Assembly (NCBI GenBank): GCA_964532925.1
Contig: CAZHIP010000003.1
Coordinates: forward strand, 644 to 64,643
Reading direction: 5' to 3'
From: an uncultured Gammaproteobacteria bacterium
Lineage (GTDB): Bacteria; Patescibacteriota; Patescibacteriia; GWA2-47-26
DNA length: 64,000 nucleotides
Positions 8,408-17,459 of the stretch are shown here, in pieces. A program made the position numbers and the translations under genes. Positions within the stretch are counted from its first letter, which is position 1; the number at the start of each line of letters is the position of its first letter. The notes below the pieces were generated by a model. It saw nothing but the letters and a program-made list of their open reading frames with translations. It made no database searches and was not told the DNA's origin.

Positions 8408-9688
8408 ATGGACAACCTTGAATCGTGTATCATAGAAAAACTTGTCTTTGGCGGGCAAGGACTTGGTCGCATGAGTGGTAAGGTTGTTTTTGCATGGAAC
8501 GCACTGCCGGGCGAAACCGTACAACTCAATCCCATTACCAAAAAGAAAAAAGATTTTATTGAAGGCGTTGGCGAGATTATCGGCAACTCATCGCCACATC
8601 GCATCACTCCCAAAGAAGAACATTTTTTGTCGTGCAGTCCATGGCAAATCATGGATTGGGACACAGAGCAGGAGTGGAAAACAGCAATCGCCAAAGAAAC
8701 CTACGAACGTCTTGCTGGTATTACCCTCGATACACTGTCGATCATTGGCGAAGAAGAGCACCAATATGACTACCGCAACAAAATGGAATATGCATTGATT
8801 GAAAAACCCGATGGTACCGCGGGCATAGCTTCATTCGAACGAGCCACTCACTATATTCGTGGCATTACACCTTGCCTGCTTGCGTACCCAACTCTCAATG
8901 AGGTCGTCGAGAAAGTACTCACATGGATGGATGCAGAAAAACTTCCTGCACGTATTTTCAAAAGCATTATCATTCGCGCAAACAGAAAAGGTGAAGCAGT
9001 CGCAGTATTGTTTTCACTGGATCCTATTGCACCCAAGTCGCCTCCCCCACTCGATGCAAATCTTTTAGGTGTCCAGATCTATGTATCGAATCCGAAATCC
9101 CCTGCTTCAACTGCCGACAAATTACTTTTTACTGCAGGCGCAAACGAACTCACTGAAACTGTTTTTGAAAAAACATTTCATTACGGCGCGCTTAGTTTTT
9201 TCCAGGTAAACTTGCCCATGTACGAACGTGCACTGTTTGATATTCAAAAACATATTCCAAAAGACCAGGCACTCGTCGACTTCTACGGTGGCACTGGCTC
9301 GATCGGGTTATCCATCAACACAAACACACCGCTTACCATTGTTGATTCAAATGCTGAATCCATCGACTACGCCAAGAAAAATATTACCGCACTCAAACGA
9401 GACAATGCCGCCGCCGTCTGCGCTCCCGCCGAAAAAGTTGTAGAACACATTACCGAGAGCGCCACATTACTGCTTGATCCACCGCGCGCTGGCATGCACC
9501 CCAAAGTAGTAAAAAAAATACTCGAAGTATTACCGCACACCATTATCTACCTCTCCTGCAACATCTCAACGCAAGCCCGAGATCTCTCACTCCTCAAAGA
9601 TTTTTACACGATCACCTTTTCTCAGCTCTATAATTTTTTTCCAAGAACTCCGCACATCGAGGGACTTGTGGTCCTCAAGAAAAAATAA
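8408..9688 (+). CDS. rlmD: 23S rRNA (uracil-5)-methyltransferase RlmD/RumA family (TRAM + SAM MTase)
   Basis: N-terminal TRAM-like region (EKLVFGGQGLGRMSGKVVFAWNALPGETVQL), SAM motifs FFQVN, DFYGGTGSIGLS, LLLDPPRAGMH, and conserved C-terminal Cys (YLSCN). Confidence 0.8.
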   Translation: MDNLESCIIEKLVFGGQGLGRMSGKVVFAWNALPGETVQLNPITKKKKDFIEGVGEIIGNSSPHRITPKEEHFLSCSPWQIMDWDTEQEWKTAIAKETYERLAGITLDTLSIIGEEEHQYDYRNKMEYALIEKPDGTAGIASFERATHYIRGITPCLLAYPTLNEVVEKVLTWMDAEKLPARIFKSIIIRANRKGEAVAVLFSLDPIAPKSPPPLDANLLGVQIYVSNPKSPASTADKLLFTAGANELTETVFEKTFHYGALSFFQVNLPMYERALFDIQKHIPKDQALVDFYGGTGSIGLSINTNTPLTIVDSNAESIDYAKKNITALKRDNAAAVCAPAEKVVEHITESATLLLDPPRAGMHPKVVKKILEVLPHTIIYLSCNISTQARDLSLLKDFYTITFSQLYNFFPRTPHIEGLVVLKKK

Positions 9689-9690
9689 CT

Positions 9691-10275
9691 ATGCCGACCA
9701 CCGAACGTCTCGCAAAACTCAAACGCGCTGCATCACTACGGCAAAAAGATGTTGTCTTAGTAATCGAGGATATTCACGATCCTCACAATGCGCAAGCGAT
9801 TATGCGCACAGCAGATGCATTTGGCATTCAAAACGTACATTTTATTTTTGAAACAGAAAAACGCTACAACCCCAAGCGCGTTGGAAAATCGAGCTCTTCC
9901 TCTGCCATGAAATGGCTCGATTACACTATTTGGAACTCAACCAAAGAATGTCTCACCTCACTAAAAAAACAAAAATTCCATCTCGTTGGGACTGCACTCA
10001 CTGATACATCCGTATCACTACAACGCGTAACCTTCAAAGCACCAAAAATCGCTCTGCTCGTCGGCAACGAGCATCATGGTCTTTCAGAAGAAGCATTAAA
10101 GCGTGCCGATCAACTCATCACTATTCCCATGCGCGGCATGGTGCAAAGCCTCAACGTTTCTGTTGCGACTGCCATCGTGATTGCCGAACTAACCCGACAA
10201 CGCACCAAGATCAAAAACAAATCACTTACAAAAAAAGAACAGGACGCACTCATTGCATCCTGGGTTGATCGCTAA
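9691..10275 (+). CDS. SpoU/TrmH-family RNA 2'-O-methyltransferase
   Basis: VLVIEDIHDPHNAQAIMRTADAFGIQNV, LLVGNEHHGLSEEAL, SLNVSVATAIVIAEL = SPOUT class motifs. Confidence 0.8.
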   Translation: MPTTERLAKLKRAASLRQKDVVLVIEDIHDPHNAQAIMRTADAFGIQNVHFIFETEKRYNPKRVGKSSSSSAMKWLDYTIWNSTKECLTSLKKQKFHLVGTALTDTSVSLQRVTFKAPKIALLVGNEHHGLSEEALKRADQLITIPMRGMVQSLNVSVATAIVIAELTRQRTKIKNKSLTKKEQDALIASWVDR

Positions 10276-10285
10276 ATTCTTTGCA

Positions 10286-10909
10286 CTACTTCGTGCCAAT
10301 CACCACAACGGCATCAAATTCACTGCTGTCTGGGAGTGTTCCCACCGAAACAACTTCGTAGGTTTCGCCAACAACAGCGCGCAAGCTTTCTGCTAAGTCC
10401 TGACTCCCCGCTTTCATGCGGACAGTTGTTTTTTCTTGTAGCGGACGCTCGTTCCCAATGACTGGAACAGTGAATCCTGCTGCTTGCAGTTTTTTCTTGA
10501 GATCCGCGGCTGCACCTTTGACAGGAATTGTTGAATATACCGCTACTTTTATGGTGCTCGGCGTAGGAGCTGGGGTCACATCAAGCGTTTCTGGGTTGGC
10601 GGGAGTAATTTTATAGTGCTCCGAAGTTGCCTCGCCAGCATTTTCAACAATCGCATTTTGCGTATCGAGGATCGCTGGCGCAGGATTTGCTCGCGGTGCA
10701 CCAAATACATACCAATACCCAAGTGCGGCAACCAATACGCTTGCCATACCAAGAAACACACTGGCTGCTTCAAGTCGCATGACGCGTACATCGGTAACTG
10801 GTCGCACAACCTCCATGTCGGCGAGTTCCGGTGCAAATGATGCGAGCTTTGAAACTCGCGATCGCGGTGTTGTAGTTTTTTTTGTTGTAGTTTTTTTGCG
10901 CGGAGGCAT
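10286..10909 (-). CDS. Membrane-anchored LytR_C-domain (cell-envelope associated) protein
   Basis: Lys/Thr-rich N-terminus, single TM (ASVFLGMASVLVAALGYWYVF), C-terminal KVAVYSTIPVKGAAADLKKKLQAAGFTVPVIGN...DAVVVIG resembling LytR C-terminal domain. Confidence 0.45.
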   Translation of the reverse strand: MPPRKKTTTKKTTTPRSRVSKLASFAPELADMEVVRPVTDVRVMRLEAASVFLGMASVLVAALGYWYVFGAPRANPAPAILDTQNAIVENAGEATSEHYKITPANPETLDVTPAPTPSTIKVAVYSTIPVKGAAADLKKKLQAAGFTVPVIGNERPLQEKTTVRMKAGSQDLAESLRAVVGETYEVVSVGTLPDSSEFDAVVVIGTK

Positions 10910-11014
10910 ACATGTTTTTTACCAAATCTTTCTTGTCATAAGTATATCACATGAGTTGACCCACCCATCACACAATGCTAAGGTATATTTTAATAGAAAT
11001 AAGCAAAAACTATT

Positions 11015-11587
11015 ATGATTACGATCAATTCTACCGTTCCAGATATCGCATTCAAGGCGTTTCAAAACGACAAAGACTTTGATACAACATTGTCTAACTT
11101 TAAGAACAAATGGCTTGTCTTGTTTTTCTACCCAGCAGACTTCACGTTTGTCTGCCCCACAGAACTCCAAGATGTTGCCGCGCACTACGACGAGCTCCAA
11201 GCGCTTGGCGCAGAAGTGGTTTCGGTAAGCACCGATACTGTATTCGTCCACAAAGCATGGCACGACAGCTCACCGGCAATCAAAACGATCAACTTTCCCA
11301 TGGCAGCAGACCCGACCGGCATTCTCTCTAAAACATTCGGCACCTATATTGAAGCAGGTGGCGATGCAGGGCTCTCTCTCCGCGGCACTTTTATTATCGA
11401 CCCGGATGGCGTGCTCAAGGCATACGAAATTCACGATAACTCGATTGGACGTTCGGCTGCAGAACTCGTGCGCAAAATTCAGGCAGCAAAATTTGTCCGC
11501 GAACACGGTGGTGAAGTCTGCCCTGCCAACTGGAAACCTGGCGCAAAAACATTGAAGCCCGGCATGGATCTGGTAGGAAAAATCTAA
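11015..11587 (+). CDS. ahpC: 2-Cys peroxiredoxin (AhpC/Tsa family)
   Basis: WLVLFFYPADFTFVCPTEL peroxidatic Cys motif and resolving Cys in GEVCPANW near C-terminus. Confidence 0.9.
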   Translation: MITINSTVPDIAFKAFQNDKDFDTTLSNFKNKWLVLFFYPADFTFVCPTELQDVAAHYDELQALGAEVVSVSTDTVFVHKAWHDSSPAIKTINFPMAADPTGILSKTFGTYIEAGGDAGLSLRGTFIIDPDGVLKAYEIHDNSIGRSAAELVRKIQAAKFVREHGGEVCPANWKPGAKTLKPGMDLVGKI

Positions 11588-11592
11588 TCACT

Positions 11593-12168
11593 ATGTACGA
11601 AATACAAAATTTTGATCACCTACTCGGCACTCCTGGTTTTTCTGACCAACTGCTCAAAAACCACTTCACGCTGTATGGTGGATACGTTACCAACTTTAAC
11701 AAGCTGAACGATATTCTTGTCGCAATCGAAAAAGATGGAAAGTTCGGTACCCCAGAATACGCAGAATTGAATCGTCGATTGGGGTGGGAATGGAACGGCA
11801 TGCGCTTGCACGAGCTCTACTTTGGTAACATGACCAAAGAAAAGACAGAGGCGAGCGTAGAACTGAAGTCCGCCATTGAAAAAGAATTTGGCTCATTTGA
11901 ACTGTTCACCAAAGATTTCAATGCCATGGGTGCCATGCGTGGTATTGGTTGGGTAATTCTCTATCACGACACCACCGCAAACCACTTCTTCAATGTATGG
12001 GTGAACGAACATGACGTTGGACATTTTGCTGGCGCAACCCCACTCTTGGTCATGGATGTTTTTGAACACGCCTTTATGCTCGATTATGGCATCAAGCGCG
12101 CTGATTACCTGATGGCGTTCTGGAACGCAATTGACTGGAGTGTGGTAAGTGATCGCCTAAAAAGCTAG
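11593..12168 (+). CDS. sod: Fe/Mn superoxide dismutase family protein (divergent)
   Basis: C-terminal PLLVMDVFEHAFMLDYGIKRADYLMAFWNAIDWSVV aligns with SOD DVWEHAYYL..RPDYL..WNVINW; N-terminal YVTNFNKLN like YVNNLN; only some of the canonical His ligands obvious. Confidence 0.7.
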   Translation: MYEIQNFDHLLGTPGFSDQLLKNHFTLYGGYVTNFNKLNDILVAIEKDGKFGTPEYAELNRRLGWEWNGMRLHELYFGNMTKEKTEASVELKSAIEKEFGSFELFTKDFNAMGAMRGIGWVILYHDTTANHFFNVWVNEHDVGHFAGATPLLVMDVFEHAFMLDYGIKRADYLMAFWNAIDWSVVSDRLKS

Positions 12169-12256
12169 GCCTTTTCTTTTCCCGCAAGGTGCGTTACTAT
12201 TGTCGCGTTCGAACAATGCTAAAGTGGCGGGCCTGCCCGTCGAAGCTTTAGCATAG

Positions 12257-12328
12257 GCGGGTATCATATAACGGCTATTATTTGAGTTTTCCAAACTCAT
12301 CACGTGGGTTCGACTCCCACTACCCGCT
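12257..12328 (+). tRNA. tRNA-Gly (anticodon TCC)
   Basis: Acceptor gcgggta/tacccgc, anticodon stem tgagt/actca loop ttTCCaa, T-arm gtggg-ttcgact-cccac, discriminator T; followed by hairpin aaaggcacccc-ttta-tggggtg + T5. Confidence 0.8.
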
Positions 12329-12444
12329 AATCAAAGGCACCCCTTTATGGGGTGTTTTTGATTAGCGTGGGGGTCGAAGCCGATTCTGAAGAGTGCTTTG
12401 AATAGCACTCTGAAAAACGGCCGGCTGCGAAGGAGTCATTGGAC

Positions 12445-12522
12445 GCTTTAGCTGGCCAGTAGCGGGTGAGCAGGACTCCCACTACCCGCTCCAAAAAATC
12501 CCGGCACACCGGGCTTTTTTGT
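12445..12522 (+). pseudogene. Internally deleted tRNA-Gly-like remnant (acceptor 5' strand + 3' T-arm half + acceptor 3' strand + encoded CCA) with strong terminator
   Basis: Repeats gctttagc (12245 and 12445), gcgggt(a/g) (12257 and 12462) and the 17-nt 3' end gactcccactacccgct (12312 and 12474) of the upstream tRNA-Gly; lacks D and anticodon arms; followed by cca and cccgg-cacac-ccggg T6. Confidence 0.4.
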
Positions 12523-12577
12523 TTCTCAAACCCCTGTTACAATAGCCGCATACTTAACTCCTAGTCTTATATACTCT

Positions 12578-13669
12578 ATGCCAGACCAGTTTACCGAAAC
12601 CTCCCATCGTTCATGGGGTAAAAATATCCTGAATTCATTTGTCGGCGCACTCGTTGGCATTGCACTCTTCGTAGGTTCATTCGCCGTACTCTGGATGAAT
12701 GAAGGTCGTGCCGATGTATCTAAAATTGCCGCACGAGCGGTCCCTGCCAATGCATCAACACAAGGCCAACTTGTCTATGCGACCGATACCTTAACCGCAG
12801 CAGCACCTATTGGAGACAGCGAGTATTTAAAACCTGGTCCATATATTCGCCTGGAACGCAATGTTGAGGCGTATGCATGGGTAGAAAAGACAACCGAGAA
12901 AACCACCGAGAAATTGGGCGGCGGCACTGATGTGACCACCACCTATGACTACAAAAAAGAGTGGGTGAAAACACCCGCGGATGCAACCACGTTTAAATAT
13001 CCCGATGGACACGGTAACGCCACACTCGCTATTCAAGGCCAAACCGTATACGCCTCACCCGCAATGGTAGGCACCTATACCGTTGATGCCAAAACCATGG
13101 AGCTCCCCTCCTCTGAACCCATCACACTCAACAAAGATGCAGTGATCGTAAATAATGCAGTCCGCATGGATGGCAATTACCTCTACTCTGGCAAAGGAAG
13201 CTCGGCAACCCCAGAAATTGGTGATGTTCGCATTTCGTTTACCGCACTACGGGCTGGTGCACAGGTTACCGCGTTCGCTAAACTTGAGGGATCTAGCCTG
13301 GTTCCCTACTTCGAAAACAACAAGACAAAACTCTATCGCGCACTTACCGGCACTCGAGATGAGTCTATTGTAACTCTCGCAAGCGAGCACAAAACCATTG
13401 GTTGGCTCTTGCGTTTGGTCGGCTTCCTCATGATGTGGATCGGTCTTGCGCTCTTCTTTGGCCCCATCAATGCGCTCTTAAAAGTAGTGCCGTTCATGGG
13501 ATCTATCGGAAAAGGATTGGTTGGTATCGCCATGTTCTTTGTGGCACTCGCACTTTCGGCCGTAACCATTGTCGTTGCCATGATAGCGCACAGCGTTCTT
13601 GCGCTCGTTATTGCCTTAGTGATCGCTACAGGACTCATCATCTTCTTTGTTCGCAAGCGCAAGAAGTAA
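12578..13669 (+). CDS. Hypothetical membrane protein (N-terminal TM, about 230-aa extracytoplasmic domain, three C-terminal TM helices)
   Basis: 363-aa ORF with clear ATG; hydropathy pattern obvious from sequence (ALVGIALFVGSFAVLW ... WLLRLVGFLMMWIGLALFFG ... VGIAMFFVALALSAVTIVVAMIA ... ALVIALVIATGLIIFFV); architecture similar to TMEM43/DUF1625-type proteins. Confidence 0.45.
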   Translation: MPDQFTETSHRSWGKNILNSFVGALVGIALFVGSFAVLWMNEGRADVSKIAARAVPANASTQGQLVYATDTLTAAAPIGDSEYLKPGPYIRLERNVEAYAWVEKTTEKTTEKLGGGTDVTTTYDYKKEWVKTPADATTFKYPDGHGNATLAIQGQTVYASPAMVGTYTVDAKTMELPSSEPITLNKDAVIVNNAVRMDGNYLYSGKGSSATPEIGDVRISFTALRAGAQVTAFAKLEGSSLVPYFENNKTKLYRALTGTRDESIVTLASEHKTIGWLLRLVGFLMMWIGLALFFGPINALLKVVPFMGSIGKGLVGIAMFFVALALSAVTIVVAMIAHSVLALVIALVIATGLIIFFVRKRKK

Positions 13670-13721
13670 ACAGCGCGCAACAAAAAAACACCCCGACACA
13701 CGTCGGGGTGTTTTTGTACCT

Positions 13722-14300
13722 CTAGCGTGCAATGCCTACTTCTTTTTCTATTGTCGCAATCTTTTCTGCGTGAAACGGTTTATCATCTTCGATTAACTTA
13801 GAAATATTGCGCACCACTGCATCTGGGTCCGGCATTTGCTCAAAAGTAAATCGTCCTGTAGCGCCTGCAGTTTGCACGTGCACCGTTCCATAATCGAACA
13901 ATGTTGCAAAAATACCTTTCATTTGCGCAGTTACATCTTGCACGCGATAGAGCCGTGTCTCCGAAATAGCTCGCGCAAACAAACCTTTGAGCTGAATATC
14001 CACAATGCGTTCATTGGTTACAATCCACACATCAAGATAATAGTCGAAAAATTCCGTCAACCCAAACACAAGGATAAACAACCAATACACTCCGCGAAAT
14101 AACGTAAACGCAACAAACCCTGGTTGGTTTTCTAGTACACCTGGTGCAACTAAGCTAAAGATATATTGCAAAACAAATGGCACGACACCCAAAATTACTA
14201 GCAAGAAAACAGGACCAACAAGAGCAATGAGGTCGGCCCGCAACACGTACATTAGTTGTTCGTACTCTTTGCGTTCAGGAAACGCTTTCCAAATATTCAT
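13722..14300 (-). CDS. Bacterial PH-domain (bPH_2/YdbT-like) membrane protein
   Basis: Two N-terminal TM helices then WIVTNERIVDIQLKGLFARAISETRLYRVQDVTAQMKGIFATLFDYGTVHVQTAG typical of bPH_2; start taken at MNIWKAF so that it abuts the upstream ORF stop. Confidence 0.55.
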   Translation of the reverse strand: MNIWKAFPERKEYEQLMYVLRADLIALVGPVFLLVILGVVPFVLQYIFSLVAPGVLENQPGFVAFTLFRGVYWLFILVFGLTEFFDYYLDVWIVTNERIVDIQLKGLFARAISETRLYRVQDVTAQMKGIFATLFDYGTVHVQTAGATGRFTFEQMPDPDAVVRNISKLIEDDKPFHAEKIATIEKEVGIAR

Positions 14301-14301
14301 A

Positions 14302-14559
14302 TTATTGTCCAATAATATCACTCGCCGTACCAATGCGGGCAGTTATAAACGGTGCATTCCAATCAACACCACGCAAGGCTTCGATTGTTTGAAAAGAAAC
14401 AATGCCTGCAATCGCAAGAAATATGAGGAACACAATAATTGCTGTCGTGCCAAAAAAACCAAAACGGTGCAACTGCAATAAGTTGATACCAGCAAAAACA
14501 ACCACAATAAACACAATGATCGCGGCTGGCACCAAGAGCGCCCACAACGGAATAATCAT
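14302..14559 (-). CDS. Small hypothetical membrane protein (2 TM)
   Basis: 85-aa ORF, two hydrophobic helices, stop immediately precedes start of PH-domain gene; overlaps ruvB stop by 4 nt. Confidence 0.4.
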   Translation of the reverse strand: MIIPLWALLVPAAIIVFIVVVFAGINLLQLHRFGFFGTTAIIVFLIFLAIAGIVSFQTIEALRGVDWNAPFITARIGTASDIIGQ

Positions 14560-15581
14560 AAAAGTCTGCTAGGTACATTAATGCCTAAGTGTTCGTATCC
14601 TAACCGTGTTACCATGCGCCCTCTCGGCGTACGCTCCAAAAACCCTGCTTTAATGAGATATGGTTCGTACACATCCTCGATAGTTTCTTCGTCTTCCTGG
14701 ATAGCCGCGGCGACAGAATTGACCCCCACTGGCCCACCGCCAAACCGCTCGATAATAGTGGTAAGCAACCGCCGATCAGTGGCATCAAGACCTCGGTGAT
14801 CGACTTTGAGTGCCGTAAGTGCCTCTTCTGCAAGGCTCGTCGTTACCACCCCGCCCGTTTTTACTTCGGCATAATCACGCACGCGACGAAGCAAGCGGTT
14901 TGCAATACGTGGCGTACCGCGAGCACGATGCGCAATCACCGAAAGTGCTTCGTCTCCTGATGCCAAGTTTAGCAAATTCGCACTCCGGCGAACAATCGCT
15001 CCGATTTCTTTTGGTTCATAAAAGTTCAAGTGATGTGTCACCCCAAATCGATCGCGCAGTGGCGATGACAATAAACTCATGCGGGTCGTAGCACCAATCA
15101 GCGTAAAGCGCGGAAGATCAATGCGCAAGGTTCGCGCGGTCGGCCCTTTCCCGATAACGACATCCAGTGCGTACTCCTCCATGGCAGGATACAGTACTTC
15201 TTCTACAGACTTATTGAGACGATGAATTTCGTCGATAAACAGAATATCTCCTGCAGATAGGTTCGAAAGAATCGCCGCCAAATCCCCTACGCGTTCGAGC
15301 ACCGGGCCAGCCGCAATCTTCACATTCGCGCCCATTTCTCGACCAATAATATAAGCAAGCGTTGTTTTCCCTAATCCTGGGTTTCCATAGAGCAAAATAT
15401 GCTCAAGTGGCTCATTGCGCCCTCGTGCAGCCTGGATCATGATGCCCAAGTTGTCTTTCAGCTCCTGTTGGCCAATAAAATCATCCAGAAGTTTTGGTCG
15501 CAAAGTTTGATCGAGTGTTTGCTCAATCGCCTCTGGCGCCGCCTCACTGACAGCTTCTTCAGTAACCTCAATTTCTTCCAT
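14556..15581 (-). CDS. ruvB: Holliday junction branch migration ATPase RuvB
   Basis: [45 protein letters not shown], arginine finger and winged-helix C-terminus; 341 aa. Confidence 0.95.
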   Translation of the reverse strand: MEEIEVTEEAVSEAAPEAIEQTLDQTLRPKLLDDFIGQQELKDNLGIMIQAARGRNEPLEHILLYGNPGLGKTTLAYIIGREMGANVKIAAGPVLERVGDLAAILSNLSAGDILFIDEIHRLNKSVEEVLYPAMEEYALDVVIGKGPTARTLRIDLPRFTLIGATTRMSLLSSPLRDRFGVTHHLNFYEPKEIGAIVRRSANLLNLASGDEALSVIAHRARGTPRIANRLLRRVRDYAEVKTGGVVTTSLAEEALTALKVDHRGLDATDRRLLTTIIERFGGGPVGVNSVAAAIQEDEETIEDVYEPYLIKAGFLERTPRGRMVTRLGYEHLGINVPSRLL

Positions 15582-15615
15582 AAGAAAGCATTATAACCGT
15601 CTTTCTACCTTGCGG

Positions 15616-17259
15616 CTACATGAGCAACAAACGCGCCATGCGGATCTCGTCAAACGAAAAATCATCGCCCAAAATGTTCTTTACCGGCGAAAGTGGTCGC
15701 CCACCACCCTCGAGCACACCGACTTTCGTAAATGCAGCCATAATTTTCTTGAGCCGTGTGGGAGAAAAATCGTCGCGCAAACGTGAGACATCAAAATCTT
15801 TGTCGCGCTCGAGTAGTGTTTCGATGTGTCCAACAATAGTTCCCACGGTCAACTCACGGGCCTTCGCAATTTCTTTTAATGTATGGCCCAAATGAAACAA
15901 TGTTGCGGTTTCATCATAGGTGTCTTTTTTGTCTTCAGGATCAGGTCCCGCGACACGCCGTAAAAATGTCTCATGCCGAACTTTTATTTCTTCTTGAGAA
16001 AGAGAACGAACATCGGTAGCATATTCTTTTGAAAACCGTCTGAACTCATCATCTTTTTCTAATACTTCATCGTGCACCATGAGCGCATGATTATTCATGC
16101 CTTTGAGCGACAATCCCGACAGCGACCGCAATCGTGACAACGCGACGTAGCCCATACCTGGTTCAAACGACTGTGACAAATCAACTTCCGCGGCATCCAA
16201 ACTCATGCCTTGGCTTTTGTGTACGGTTATTGCCCAGGCAAGTCGCAGTGGATATTGGGTAATTTCTGCTAATTTTTTGCCATTATCATCAATGCGCCAC
16301 GAATCCTGCTGAACCTCAATCCGCTGGCCATTCGAGGTACGAACAATAATCTCATCTTGGTCGCATGCTTCAACAACCCCGAGCGTGCCGTTGGCAAACC
16401 CGAACTCAAAATTGTTTTTCACAAACATAACCCGCGCACCAACCTTGAGTCGCAACGCCTCGGGTGCCAAACAACTTTTCTTTAACGAATCCACAATCAC
16501 ATCACGTCCATTTGAAGACATGCCATAGGTGTATATTTTCCCTGGCAAGCGCACAAGTTCGCGTTCATTTTCCTCATCAACATCCGCGTTGTGAGTGTAG
16601 AGCTTGGTTGGCTCGGCATTTATTTCTGGCGGTGCTTTGTGGCGCGACCACAGTATTCCAAGAATATCTTCCGTAACTGCATTGTCACGAATTGCGTTTA
16701 ATATCCCGACATACACTGGATCATTTTGCCGATGTTGTTCTTCGAGATAACAAACAACAAACTGCGACTCGCTCCAAGCGCTCGAGTGATACGCGAACTT
16801 ACCCGGTACTTGGCCGCTTCTCGAAACGGGTGGTAATTGAAAAAAGTCTCCACACACAATAATTTGCATGCCACCAAATGGCATGTCGATGCGCCGTAAA
16901 GCCCTAAGCACACGGTCGACCAGGTCGAGACGATAATGGTGCAGCATCGAAATCTCGTCGATAATCAAAACATCCGTGCCGTCCATGCGTCGCGTGATGT
17001 ACTGCTTCTCGGTCATTGCCTCAACCTCTTCGGCGGACAACGCACTCTTGATCCCAATCCCCGACCATGCATGAATGGTCATGCCCTGCATGTGCGTTGC
17101 TGCAATGCCGGTCGATGCCGTGATCGCGACGCCAACATGATTCTTTTTTAAATACTCAATATAGGTGCGCAGGGTATGCGTTTTACCGCTTCCTGCTGCA
17201 CCAGTCAAAAAAACATTTGCTCCGGTTTTCAAAATCAAAAGCGCCTCCTGTTGAGTCAT
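15616..17259 (-). CDS. PIF1/RecD-family ATP-dependent DNA helicase
   Basis: Walker A VFLTGAAGSGKTHTL, TIHAW, LIIDEISML, QLPPV motif, C-terminal UvrD_C-like segment VHKSQGMSLD; 547 aa. Confidence 0.8.
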   Translation of the reverse strand: MTQQEALLILKTGANVFLTGAAGSGKTHTLRTYIEYLKKNHVGVAITASTGIAATHMQGMTIHAWSGIGIKSALSAEEVEAMTEKQYITRRMDGTDVLIIDEISMLHHYRLDLVDRVLRALRRIDMPFGGMQIIVCGDFFQLPPVSRSGQVPGKFAYHSSAWSESQFVVCYLEEQHRQNDPVYVGILNAIRDNAVTEDILGILWSRHKAPPEINAEPTKLYTHNADVDEENERELVRLPGKIYTYGMSSNGRDVIVDSLKKSCLAPEALRLKVGARVMFVKNNFEFGFANGTLGVVEACDQDEIIVRTSNGQRIEVQQDSWRIDDNGKKLAEITQYPLRLAWAITVHKSQGMSLDAAEVDLSQSFEPGMGYVALSRLRSLSGLSLKGMNNHALMVHDEVLEKDDEFRRFSKEYATDVRSLSQEEIKVRHETFLRRVAGPDPEDKKDTYDETATLFHLGHTLKEIAKARELTVGTIVGHIETLLERDKDFDVSRLRDDFSPTRLKKIMAAFTKVGVLEGGGRPLSPVKNILGDDFSFDEIRMARLLLM

Positions 17260-17275
17260 AGTATATTTTACAAAG

Positions 17276-17359
17276 TGCCCAGAGAGGGACTCGAACCCTC
17301 ATGCCCATAACGGGCACGACATTTTAAGTGTCGCGTGTATACCATTCCACCATCCGGGC
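17276..17359 (-). tRNA. tRNA-Leu (anticodon TAA)
   Basis: Reverse complement folds: acceptor gcccgga/tctgggc, anticodon stem cgaca/tgtcg loop ctTAAaa, long variable arm gcccgttatgggc, T-arm gaggg-ttcgagt-ccctc. Confidence 0.85.
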
Positions 17360-17459
17360 GTATATGAATGTACCAATAAACTACCCTTTTCAGGGATTTT
17401 TTTCAAGTTTTTGGCTTAAGTACCTAGAAACTTCTTCAAAAAAATTGTATCATGCACTC

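Noticed and set aside
12360-12503. Possible tmRNA (ssrA): GGGGGUCGAAGCCGAUUC-like 5' word at 12367, reading frame ending ...ESLDALAGQ*, and a tRNA-like 3' end with CCA
   Set aside because: The segment is only about 140 nt, far shorter than any tmRNA. The 3' element lacks the 5' half of the T-stem and cannot form a tRNA-like domain. The tag-like frame does not end in the usual ALAA/LAA. It is better explained as a degenerate partial duplicate of the adjacent tRNA-Gly.
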